A DNA stretch of 64,000 nucleotides. It comes from Chrysomallon squamiferum. Lineage: Eukaryota; Animalia; Mollusca. The stretch is taken from the NCBI GenBank assembly GCA_012295275.1, contig CM022679.1, forward strand, positions 12,958,001 through 13,022,000, read 5' to 3'. The notes beneath the pieces are model-generated. The model was not told the origin of the DNA and searched no databases. It saw nothing but the letters and a program-made list of their open reading frames with translations. Positions 12,642 through 25,484 of the stretch are shown here, in pieces. How positions within the stretch are numbered: the stretch's first letter is position 1; each line of letters opens with the position of its first letter. The translations under genes were made by a program, and so were the position numbers.

Positions 12642-15600
12642 CAACAACAACAACAACAACAATAACAATAATAAAAAAAAAAATTAAAAACAACTTTTAA
12701 GTTTGCAGAAAATATTTTGACTATTGTTTTGCACACATAATATCTGAAAATGTGAACATACCATTTTTTGTTCTTTACTTACTGTTAAGTTATCAAGCCA
12801 TTTGTTGTTGGTACTGTTGAGCCCAAGTTTATTGGGCACTTCACTTACAACCAATGGTGTGACAAATATCATTTGCTTGAGGGAGCCACTTTCATCAAGA
12901 ATGCTGAACATATCCGGGACCACCATGTCAAAGACAACAATCCATGATATTTTAGTGGACTTTGCTTTAAATGATGACCACTGAAATTTGAAGTTAATTT
13001 TAAGTTAATTTTAATGAAACCCATTGAACTTAAAATTAATTTTAATGATTACCATCAAAATTTGAATATTATTTTATAAAATAAATATGACAGAAACGAT
13101 GACCACTAAAACATCAAGTTGGTTGTTTAGATTACCAATGAATTACAAATAATGTGGACAGTTATATTTTTCTTCATATATTTTCGTTTACATATGTTTT
13201 TAATAATAAATATAATTACATTCAGATATCCATGTTATTATCTGTCTAGAAGTGGCATAGATATACTTTCAGTAGTTATGGTAAAATGGTTATGATCATA
13301 AAGGTAATGAATACTAGTTATTATTGATAAAGACCTTGTACATTTTGTTCCGTTCAGTGTAAATTTTGAATGAACCAGAAGTATAATTGTTATGTCAACT
13401 TGTATTGTCCAGATTCAGTATTAGAATTAAATATACTGCATCATACTTAAATATGCATTCACATACCATTTTAAGAAGTTCCAATGTCATTGTGGTATCC
13501 AAAAGTATAACTGTGCATACTGTCTGGTTTTCGAGCTTTCTGAGCTTGTGTAACCATGACAACATATCTCTTGGGTTTTTATTGGCCAACTGAGTTATTG
13601 AAGTCTCGATAAAACGTGAAGACAACTCGTGTCGAAATTCATTGATTCCTGCAACTGAAAACAATAAAAGGACATTAAAAAATGTATTTTTTATATAATT
13701 AGTGATATGTCAGTGTAACTGTTGCCATTTGCATGTTCGTGGCTATAACTGTTCATTATTCTGTCATTCAGCCCATTCATCCATCCTTCTCCTAATAATT
13801 TATTCACTTACTTATTGATTTTTGAAAATAAATACTATTTTTTTTTTTTTTTTTTTTTTTATGTTGGTTTCTGTTGAGATCTTGAAAAGCTACGTGTGTC
13901 CTCTTAGGTTATTTTGAAAGGTTTAGTATCCCAGATGCAGCATATTTAATAAGAACACAATTCACTTACAGACAGACATATCAAAGATTACGGCGACTTT
14001 GGAAAAATCTCCATGATCTGTTAAACTGATCAAAACGTCGACAACGTCTTTTAGACGTGGCTGTATTCGAAGGGCTGAATCCGGAAATGAAGAAGCCGGA
14101 AGTGCTAAATCCGGAAGTGATGAAACAGGAAGTACGTCATAGCAGAAGTCGACATGAATGGAAACCAGAGGAATACGTAGTTCGCTGGATTCTTTTTCTA
14201 ATATATTCAATTTGGAACATTCTGTGATGGCTATTATAACGTCAGATGACTGTGTGAGTTCGTGACAGACTGAAATTTAAATAATTTAAATAATTATTTA
14301 TACTTTAACATGGTTAATGGCGTATTGAAATTATTCTACATTATCATTATGCAACTGCAAGACGATGTAAAAGACATAATATATATTTTTTTTACATTAA
14401 TAATTAAAGACACAATTTTTTTTTTTTTTTTACCTTTAATACTCATACATAAACTGAATGACCCTTTCATCAGTTTCTGCTTTTATCGAAGGTTATAACA
14501 TATTTAAGTATTTTTTTTTTGTAAAGTAAATCAACGATTAAAAGTATTTCGGATTTAGCGGATAAGAAATGTGGCTGTTAAGTTCATTTAAGTCCGAAGC
14601 AAAACCTTGAATCGTAATTGTTTAGTTTCTAAAAAAAAAAAATCATACTATAACATTAAAGTTGGTGTATACTTATATTAAAATATTACGATTTTAAAAT
14701 ACTTAGGATTTTGCCTTTATTAATCAGTTAAATCAAGGATCTACTGTATATCCAGGTGAAAATTTTATTTGTTTATAAATACCTTCAGTTAATTTTTTTT
14801 TTTTCTGATAAAGGCACCATCAAACTAACTGCTCTTTCGATTTTTAATTTTTTTTTCTAAAGAAAAACAATTCTGTCAATAATTCACATCGATCACTTTC
14901 ATGTTCCTTCTGCAAACACTAACTTAAATAATAACCAAAATAATTGTTTTAAATATTAAAGGAAAAATCAGGGACGGATCCAGGTTTATGAAGTGGGCAT
15001 GACATCATTGTGACAAATATATTTTTTAAAATTGTAACTTAAACGTGGTAAAATATGATAAAATAAAAATAAATTCTGTGAAGATTTCTTTCAACGTTGG
15101 ATCGACACAAGAGAAGCTAGTAATAAACTGAATTTCCAGGTGTGTTAATCGCATTGTACCTTGTTGTTTCACGGTGGATATGCTTTCTGCATCAAGTATA
15201 GCTTCTGTAATGTTGAAGTCTGAGTACTGAAGGAGACCAGTTCCTGTAATATAGTCACTGGCTCTTTGGATAACAGTAGCATGGTACTCGTTACTAATAA
15301 TACCTAAAAATATAACAGTAGTAGTAGCAGTAACAACTGTAACGATAACAATACTAATAACAGTAACAGTAACAATGCTAATCATAATAAAAATATTAAT
15401 AATAACAACAATAATGAAATATACATACACAAACTTATATTAACACACTTGTATACGTATGTGTGTTATGTGTGTGTACATATTTACACACATACATACA
15501 TAGAATATACATATATAAAAATATTCACACACATACATAAAATACATGTATACAGATATATACATACATAAATACATACGTCACATAACACATACACATA

Positions 15601-15833
15601 TACACATACATACATACACACACATACATACATACATACATATACACATAGAAACATACATAAATATATACATAACACATGAATACACACATGCTTAGTT
15701 TAAAAAATGTATAACGCTAGTACTCACCTATATTCACTGCACGGACTCCCCCCAGTAAACAAAAAAACAACAATACTAAACACAAACACCGATCGAAAAT
15801 TCATATCTTCATTCCGTGATAGATAAGAATCAT
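6423..15833 (-). CDS. Variant ionotropic glutamate receptor-family subunit (ATD + S1/S2 LBD + M1-M4), 13 coding exons, ~855 aa
   Basis: Exons 15728-15812/15833, 15160-15303, 13970-14269, 13467-13654, 12762-12980, 12043-12207, 11325-11549, 10653-10741, 10213-10303, 9493-9823, 8964-9181, 7042-7292, 6423-6687. Phases from exon 2 to exon 13 all match. Motifs: GMCIDIL, WNGIVG, ERESVIDFTKPFM, SYMEQG, WWVFTILMVASYTANLAAFLT, LLESGLIEKWKQKW, then M4. Exon 1 carries an in-frame TGA (see findings). Confidence 0.95.
7914..7995. repeat. (CT)n microsatellite
   Basis: Direct inspection. Confidence 0.95.
10805..11105. repeat. Degenerate (GTA/GCA/GTT)n trinucleotide tract in an iGluR intron
   Basis: Direct inspection; it explains the poly-Thr/poly-Val ORFs in the track. 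Confidence 0.9.
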
Positions 15834-16750
15834 GGCTGTTCAATACGTTTAAAGCTGATTTGTGTTTTAGAAGTCGTAGAGTTCCTCGTTGTTGTTTTTT
15901 GTGTGTGTTTTTTTTAATCCATATTATAATGTATTAATTTCATTCTCCTCTTTTGACTGTTTCCTTATTTATAACTGATTCCTTTTCCCTTCGTTTTTTT
16001 CCCCCTTGTTTTTTTTTTTTTTTTTTTTTTCTTTCGTTAATCTTTGAGTCAAAAACTGCATCTGACAGAATTTCGTGCGGTCAATTTCGCACCGGTAATG
16101 TTAATAACACTCATTTAATTATTTATCAACTACATTGTCGTAAAAATACAGAACGTCAATACCTTAGAAACGCCATCAACGATTGAGAAAAAAAAAAAAA
16201 AAAAAAATGAGAAAAGGGAGAAAAAAAATAACTGTTATCAAAGATCACACGTCACCTTAGAAGTAGAATAAAAAAATACAAATTAGTAATTGTACTATAC
16301 AAAGGTTGCCGTCGAGTCAATATTTTCATTACGACAACATCACGGAATGTGGCAATATTGAAAACGATTGTCTGTATTAGTGTTTGGACGTCTAGCAATC
16401 AATTGTAAAGTGCTAGGCTTCGGTACACTTTGCACGAGCAGTAATTGATTTTGTAAAACTTAGGTTAAGATATGTGATGTGCTCATGATGTGGTTAATGT
16501 ATCGGGTCTTACCTTAGCAGCTACGTGGATCGCGTCATCATACAAGTTCGATGTATGAAGATGTTAAATAATTATATATTCGAAAAAAAATTATCTTTAT
16601 TCTTGTTATACGTTATTGTTTTGTCAACCAGTGATATTTTATTTGTAATATTAGGGTGTGATTATACTATTGTTTCCCTCATGGAATTGTGACTTCATTT
16701 CATAGATCCAGATTTCATTAGATAAACAGATTTCATATAGTCTTTTTCAA

Positions 16751-16840
<90 letters not shown>

Positions 16841-17429
16841 ATTATTATTATTATTATAAAGAAAGTTCATGCATTTCTTTTTTTTTTTTTAGGGTTTTGT
16901 TTTTGTTGTTGTTGTTGCTTTTTGGTTCTTTTGGGTTGTTGTAGTTTTTTGTTACAGTTTTTTTGTGTGTGGGGGGTTTTTGTGGGATTTTTTTTTTTTT
17001 TTTTTTATTTGTTTTTGGGGGTTTTTTGGCGGTGCCTTTCAGTTGTTTTTACATTATTCATTTTATAATTATCATATACATTAAAATTTCATTGAGCTTG
17101 ATATTAAACATTGGTACATTAAATGATATATGGTAATTCACACACGTAAGTGATTATTAAATTTTACGAATCATGAATATGCTAATTAGATCGAATTCAC
17201 TTTAAACTGACTTATCGTGTTTTCTAGAAAGACTGCAAGCCTGTCAATGATAATGAAATTCTTAAATAAATATTGAATTGCATTCATAGATATATATAAC
17301 CACATTTAGCACTTAGTGTCATAAAAGAACAAGATTATTTGACACTTATCATTTGTTATAAAAGAAATGATAAGTCTTTTAATCAGTTAGTAAGGAAACG
17401 AAGAGAAAAGCAAGGGAAATAACTCGAAA

Positions 17430-18140
17430 ATGATCGCGTTTTTCTTCTTAGCATTGTTAGGCTTTGCAGCTGCTGGTAAGTTTAATTTTTATTTTGTCAT
17501 TTTCATTGCACAACTGATAAACATAGATTTATAAGAATGTATGTGTTAAGAAATGTTAGTATCTGATCCTTCGAACGAATGAAATATTTTTTAATGACAG
17601 TTAATATATTTTTTTCTTAACTCTTATCATGTATTAATATATTTCAATATATAATAACAATATAAGAGAGGAAATATACCATTGCTACTTTATGATTTCA
17701 TTTTTATAGATGATCAACACGGAATTGTCCCATAGAGAAGCATTTACATAGCGTGTGATGTAATAATGATTTGGCATTTGTTTCAATGGGCCTGATATAT
17801 CCAAAATATATTCATAATTTTTAATATTTAAAACAAACTTGTCATTTAGATATCTCGGAATTGAGGGTCTTTTGTCGGAAAGTGCATTTTGCACTCGTTG
17901 TGGATGTATAAAAACATCAACCACGCAAATGACAATACATTTTAATTGACAAAGTAAACTTGATTACTGTGCCAGTGATTTATACGTGTTGGATAAACAT
18001 AATTTAATTCATACCCGAAAAAACTCATATTATCGGAATTTTTACAAACTAGTATCTTCCATTTTTTATTATTATTATTATTATTATAAAAATAATGATT
18101 ATCATGATGATTACGACAACAAAAACAAAACAATAACAAC

Positions 18141-18186
<46 letters not shown>

Positions 18187-18621
18187 GTAATATTCAAGAA
18201 ACAATAATATCGCATTTTCATTAAATGTTCAAAGAAGATTAAAAATCATAAATATAGACATCATGTAAATATATATAAACGTATTTCTTTGAAAACGTTA
18301 TTTAAATGTATATTTATATTAATATATATTATTTGATATTGTTTATAGAAACGACATGTAAACCAGGCTGGGAACAAGGCAAAGACTCATGTTACAAAGT
18401 TGTGGATTTTAGAACGGACTGGGTGACCGCATGGGTAATTCTTCAATACCTCTGTATATATACAATTTAAAAACAAAACACAGATTATCATCTAAAACAA
18501 AACGATTACAAGATTATATGATAAAAAAATAACAACCACAAAATAAAACAAAGCAAAGAAGTATTAGAAGAAGATAAGAAACGAAACGAAAACATAAAAC
18601 TTATATGACAAAAAAAAAAAC

Positions 18622-18661
<40 letters not shown>

Positions 18662-20189
18662 TACACACCTGACGTCTAATCATACCATTTACTCATTTCA
18701 CAACTTTTCTGTATCTAGAAATATTACATAAAGACGAGTTTATCGATATTTAAATTATTACTGACATACGATATTTTATCGATGGTCACATCATTATCGA
18801 TATTAAAACTATTTAAACAGATCAAGAAAGTATCTGAATTTAAATCATTATCGATAAATCTGATTATTACTGATATTAAAAGCATAATCGATATTTAAAA
18901 TTTGTACCAGTGTGTTAACTTCTATCGATAATTATTAGATGGGTATCGTTTGTAGATGTACTGCGCTGCAATGAGGACACAGTTGGTTAACGTTGGGTCC
19001 CAGGAAGAACAGGACACAATTGCGGCCTTCTTGCCCAAATACGTCAATGATAAACGTATAAATGTTTTATTTACTATTACAACAAACTACTGCCGGTATT
19101 ATTAATAATAATAATACTGATGATGATGGTGATAAAGATAATGATAATGATAATAATATTATAATAATAATAAATATAATAATGATGACGATGACGACGA
19201 TGATGATGATTGATGATGATTAATTTCAAAATACAGTGGTGAAGAAAAATAGATAACAGATAAAGAAGTCTGAAATTTTTAAAATCATAATTACTGCTAA
19301 TGTTCAATAAAATGCAGATATTACAAAACAATAAATAAATAACTAAACTGAAATTTGTGTTTTATACTACATTCTTGGATTAAATAAATATACTTGTTTT
19401 ATACTACATTCTTGGATTATATAAATATACTTGTTTTATCTTTCACTCTTGTTGTGTTATTTTCAGACATGTACCCTCAGTTCTGGATTGACTTGAGCGA
19501 TATGAAAGTGGAAAACGAATTCACATGGATGACTTTCGAGGAGAAACCAGAATACACCAACTGGATTAAAGGTAATGCGTTTCGAAAATGTATACAATTT
19601 TAAAAATTCACATTATGTTAAAATAGTTAGCTGAAGAAAGGAATGTACAAAGAAAGAAAAAAGAATATGTAATTGTACTGAATTAATCTTTCTTCTTCTG
19701 TTTCGTCTAGTTAAAAGAAAATTAGAAACCATTTTCTTCGGTATAAAAAATGACAATTAATAATAATAATAATAATAATAATAAATTAAAAATATATTTT
19801 AAAGGAAGAAAGAAAGAAGAAAAAGAAAAAGGAAGAAGAAAACAAAACCATTAATAAAAGCAAAAGACTTTCGTTTTAATTTATTAAGAAGTATTCAGAT
19901 AGTATTATACGTGTCTGTTATAAACGATGAACGTGACAGTCGATGCAGCCTATAAAATGTAATTATAATATTTTTTACAATATATATTTAAAATGTTATT
20001 ATCTGTGTCAGTAGAATACCGTATGGAAAATATGATTCAGTATATTGACGTATTGCAGGCCAGCCGGATAACAATGGTGGAAGGCCCGCAGAAAACTGTG
20101 TGCATATTAACGCCAAACCATTCAGACACTATGGTTGGAACGATCACCGCTGTTACGCTCAGCTTAACTTCATCTGTGAGACAATGTGA
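17430..20189 (+). CDS. Secreted C-type lectin (perlucin-like, QPD/WND galactose-type motif), ~155 aa
   Basis: Exons 17430-17475 (signal peptide MIAFFFLALLGFAAA), 18349-18434 (CKPGW...SCY...W), 18956-19055 (YC...LV...EEQD), 19467-19571 (FWIDLSD...EFTW...YTNW), 20059-20189 (GQPDN...ENCV...WNDHRC...NFICE). All introns are GT-AG with compatible phases. The 3' end may splice further. Confidence 0.93.
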
Positions 20190-22766
20190 GTTAAATTTGA
20201 AATTTCAACGTGTAGTTGTTTTATTTGTAAGAATTACTAATGGATACCCAAGTAAAGTTAGTCTGCTCTTATGTAGTCTGTGATAAATGAGTGAGGTTTT
20301 GTATCCATTCAAAACGATTTATTTATTTCTATCTATCTGACTGTGTGTCTGTTTATCAGTCTATATATCTGCTGCCTGCCTGTCTATCTGTCTGTTTGTC
20401 TATCTATCCATCTATCTATCTATATCGATAGATATATATTTGTTTATTGGTTCCTTGATTTCATATTGAAAATGTATTCAAACGGAGTAAATTACTTCAG
20501 GGAAAATTTAAAATGATAACAATAACAATAACAATAGATAAATAAATAAATAAATAAATAAATAAATGAATGAATGAATGAATGAATGAATGAATGAATT
20601 AAAATGAATTACAAAACTCAGGGATAATATAAGAGCAAAGAGAAAGAATCAAGGAAAAACATCGTGTGGTGTGTCATAAAATATGAACTGGTTAATAAAT
20701 TGATGGAACTGGACAATTAGGGCCTAATATTGATATATACTATTTTGCATTTATAGACATAGTAAAATTTGTATAAAGACCAGTAACCACAATTAGTATT
20801 AGTAATTTGTTAGTTAACAAAATAATTGTTTTTTCAACATTACCACTAATTACACTATAGTTGCTGTTATATTAATACTACTATTGCTATTGCTACTATT
20901 ATTATTTTAAACATTATAATATTCAGATCTTTTTAATCTGTTACTTTGAAAAATCAGAAGTAGATTTTCTACTTAATTAAAATGTTCCCTCTTTTTTTCA
21001 GCCCAAAGCTTGAGTAAAAGACAACTTTCTTTGGAAGGTTCACAATGGATTCCTCCACTGATGATTAAATTTTGATTCACTGTGATTTGTTTTTGATTTA
21101 TTCCCACTGACACATTACCTGTTTGTTGGCATCTTGAGTTTCTGTCCCTTTCTTTTTTCTTCAAAAGAAGTAAAACAATAAAAAATGTTTTGCAAAACAT
21201 ATCTCTTTGTTTGTTATTTTTTACTTGAAATATTCATTTTATTAATAGGTTTTTATAGTGAACTGCAATACAAAATAGATATATAGTCAAACTTGACTTT
21301 GCTGCCATTTTGGGATTTCTCTGAAAATATATTTTATTTGTTTTAACACCATACCACAACCCTTTTTGCCTGGTCTCTTCAGTATATCATATGATGATAT
21401 TTGATGTATCACCAATAAGTATGAACATTATATGAAACCTAAACCGTTTATATTATTACAGATAGGTGTCGAAGATATAGTTTGTGTTTATGTATTTGAC
21501 ATAATACAGTAAACATGCTTTTACTACATTATAGGTTACTCTTTTTGATTTACAGCAAGTTACATATTATGCTATTTGTCCCATAGACTGGAAAACACAT
21601 GCCACTGTCTTTGATAAATCAGTTTTAAAATATCAGTTAAAGCAGGGATATATTTCAATTTGTGGAGCAAGATGATGTCAATCCTTGAGAAAATGGATTG
21701 ATGAATGATTGAAGTAACTGAATTAGATACACACAGAACTGTTGTGAATTTAGACATGTTAAATTTCATTTTTGGGAAATGCTAGAATATGATTTACCTC
21801 TATATTTATTTCAACTATCCTATTATTAGTTTATTATAAAAACTATATTATGGGTGCATGGTTTGAATACTGAGGCACACTGCATGCTAAATTGTGTTGT
21901 TCATTAATGTAGTAACTTAGAAGAATAATATGTAAACAAAAAGCAGTTGAGACATTTTTAGACAAACAAACTACAGATAAATAAATAAATAAATAAATAA
22001 CAGCAAGGAAATATTCAAAAAGCCAGTATCTGAGGTTAATTTGGAAGGGTTACTTCCCCTTCTATTTGAGACACTTAGAAACTTTTAATGAGATACTTGC
22101 AAGTGCTTTTTTGTGTATTTAAAATACATTAGTTTCAAACACTGGTGATTCATTCAATACTTCTAAATTATTCTTTATTAACATACCAGAATAATAATGC
22201 ATAGATGGAATTGGATGAAACTTGTTTAATGTTTTTTTTTTAACTTGTATACAAGTTATTCAGAGCATTTTGCACAAATGTTATCATCATTTTCTTCTTC
22301 ATTTTTTTTTTAAATTATCTAATGACACTGCTAGATTACCCTGATTAATTATCTATGATCAGTTTTGGATGTCTAAATGTCATTATTTTAAGAGGAAGAT
22401 TTTTTTTTTAAGTTAACAACAAAGAAGTACAGTGAACAATTATTTGTATTTTCCCACAGACAAGAAATCAACATACTATTGTCTAATAAGCCTGTCATGG
22501 GTCACTGGGTGGAATTGGAAAAAGACCAAAATGTACACCGATGATCATCACAAATAATGAAAATCCAATAAGTGCGGTGTATAACTCATACTGCAGAATC
22601 AGTCTGTTTTTTACTCTCTCTCTCTCTCTCTCTCTCATTCACTGAGATAAATCAATAACAACCAACAAATTAAGTCTCACATTTTGTATTCAGCTTATAC
22701 AAAATAATGAATACACAGGTATTTTTACAGTCTGTTTTTAATATATACTACAAAACGAAACACCAG

Positions 22767-22801
<35 letters not shown>

Positions 22802-22851
22802 ATAATAATAATTAAAAAAAAAAAAAAATTATTTCAACACATCCACAAATA

Positions 22852-23244
22852 TTACTTATGTCCCTCTTCTGCTAAATACTCCTCATATGAAATTGATGGT
22901 CCATGTTTGGCAGCATCATAATATTTCTTCTGAATAAACTTTCTTCCTGAATAGCCACAAACTGCTACTTCAGGTTTGTCCTGAAAGAAAAGACAAGAGT
23001 TAATGAGGAATTCATGTTGTTTTAGATTTTGACAAATATATTATTATTAGACTGTTGTGACCTATTCACCAAAAGAATATCTGAAGTATGCATATGCCAT
23101 GATAGGCTTTATCTTAAAAATATAAAATAATAAAATAAAATAAATGGAAATGGAAATGGAAAAAAATTAACGTGCTAATCAGTCAAGCTGTTGTGAAGCA
23201 CTGGTAGATGTAATAGTAATAATAATAAAAATAAATAATGTCAC

Positions 23245-23295
<51 letters not shown>

Positions 23296-25484
23296 TAATA
23301 TATAAATATAAATATAGATATGAATGATGATAAAAATAATGATATGTATGATGATGACGACAATCTGTTAACAACAACAATGACATTTTTAAGATAATAA
23401 TGAATAATCTGAAGAAAATAGTATTAAAAATAATAATAACTAAATATGAAGATAATTTCCATACGAAAATAAAATAATATTCAAGTATATAAATCTAGAT
23501 TGTCAACATTGTATAAGTTGCTGTAGATGAAAACTGTGAAATTTTGTAATTTCATTAACATACGACTTTTTATTGCAGTAATTTTTTCCTACTCAAAAAT
23601 AAATATAACAAACAGAAGTTGAAATATTTATGCAAAAGTATAGAAGCCATCTCTATATACAGCCAAAACATACTTTAACGTTTGTTGATTGTGTGTATAT
23701 ATGCATGTGCGTGTATGCACAAGCATTTTGTTCTGTGTTCTTACCAAATTGATAAACACTTTTGGGTGGCCGAGGGGTCCACCTCCATCACTCCAAACAT
23801 TTCTTGCTTCGACAATAACGACAGGTTCTTCTGCAACCAAGTCAATGGCAAAATTCTTGTTGATCTGATCAGAAAAAAATATATAAAATATAAATTAAAA
23901 TATGATTCACACACACACACACAAACACTCACATATAGTAATTAAACCAAATAATTAAATTAAGAAAGCACAAGTACCTCAAACAAGAATATATAATAAA
24001 GCCATTTACTTTTAAAATATGCTACTTTTAAATCAGTTTAATGGGTACATGAATGAACCATTTTTAAGGTTTATATTACCAGTATGGCAGACAGTGTTAT
24101 AATTATACAACTAAACAACTATACAAGGTGTACTTGGCTTTAGGATTTAATGCAGATACATTTGGATGTGCTTTATCATACATGCATATCAGTACATTTA
24201 AATCTGTAATTCTGAAGTGCAAACAAAATAACTGCTGCAAACTATTAATAGCAATTTTCAAGTAATTACTGACACAGCTATGAATATTTATTTAACTACA
24301 AAACAAACAAACAAAAATAATAAAAAATAAATAAAAATCCTTTAGATACAGGGATTTTAATTAAGATGCAAGAAAAAAAACCCAAAACATTTATATCCTA
24401 TACTCTGCCTGTGGCTATATCTGGTTATTTTACTATCATTACATAAAAACACTCCATCTACAAAGTAAAATACCTAACATTCTTGCTATTTACTTTTTAC
24501 TATTTAGTAATAACTGATGGTAACAATGTTGTTATTTAATTTCCTAAACAATTTTTTATTAATTATCTCATTAACTAAATATACACATTATTATAATACT
24601 TTGACACTTTAAATAATAGTACATAAAACAATTTTACCAGTTTATCTTTGCCAAGAAACCTGACTCTCCTGTAGTCATTTTTATCCCAAACCTGAAACAA
24701 AATATACAATTCAGTAATGAATATTAATCCCTTAATAAATGTTTACATTTAATGACTAACAATAAAAATTACTAGGTGAAAAGCACATACCAAGTTAATT
24801 ATCAGAGATGACAGTAATTGCTTTTAGATATCATTTTAAACACTATGGCATAGCACTCGATCAAATTTGCCATTAAGTTGATTAAGTCAAACATTTTCAA
24901 TTTTCATGTAAAGAAATGAGGTGCTATTTTGATAATGAAAAGAAAAACATTTACACATTGATCCCATCTATGAAAATGTTATAAATAAATTTATTACACA
25001 TTTATGTCCTGAATATTTTATTCAAAACCATACGATATAATTTTATGAAGTTAAGTTTCTGACGATACATATGATTATAATTTTATATCATGATTCATAT
25101 AAATTATAATAATAAATTTGAATTGAAAATATATGTCCCTGTCATTGACAGACAAAGCTGGGTAATGAGGTTTGTTTTGAAAATATTTTAAAACTCAGTA
25201 TTTCCGTATAATCATTTGTCTACTGTATTATTATAATTAACCATATAAATTAAAATAATGTTTAGTTCAAATCTGAATTTTGCACGAAAACACCATGATC
25301 GTTGATACACAAATGATTATCTAATTATAAATCACTGTAACAAACCTGTCCCGTGTGTGTTGGTCGGTCTACATTAGGACCCTCCTCCACCACACTCAAT
25401 GATCTTGTACAAAAGTAATCTTTTAGCTGGTCCTCGTTTACAAATATTCAAAGTTGTTCTAACCAAAGCACTCATCTTGTCCAT
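22852..25484 (-). CDS. NDUFS6: NADH:ubiquinone oxidoreductase 13-kDa subunit (NDUFS6)
   Basis: Exons 25346-25484 (presequence...PTHTGQ; 1-nt frame defect), 24638-24691 ([12 protein letters not shown]), 23745-23864 ([14 protein letters not shown]...[15 protein letters not shown]), 22852-22980 ([15 protein letters not shown]...stop). These are the hallmark NDUFS6 motifs. Confidence 0.95.

Noticed and set aside
15801-15803. Selenocysteine reading of the iGluR TGA
   Set aside because: It lies in a cleaved signal peptide, and I could not identify a SECIS-like element by eye.
19357-19436. ~38-bp local tandem duplication (also 349-380 vs 631-662, and 45081-45153)
   Set aside because: Ordinary intronic slippage duplications with no evident function.
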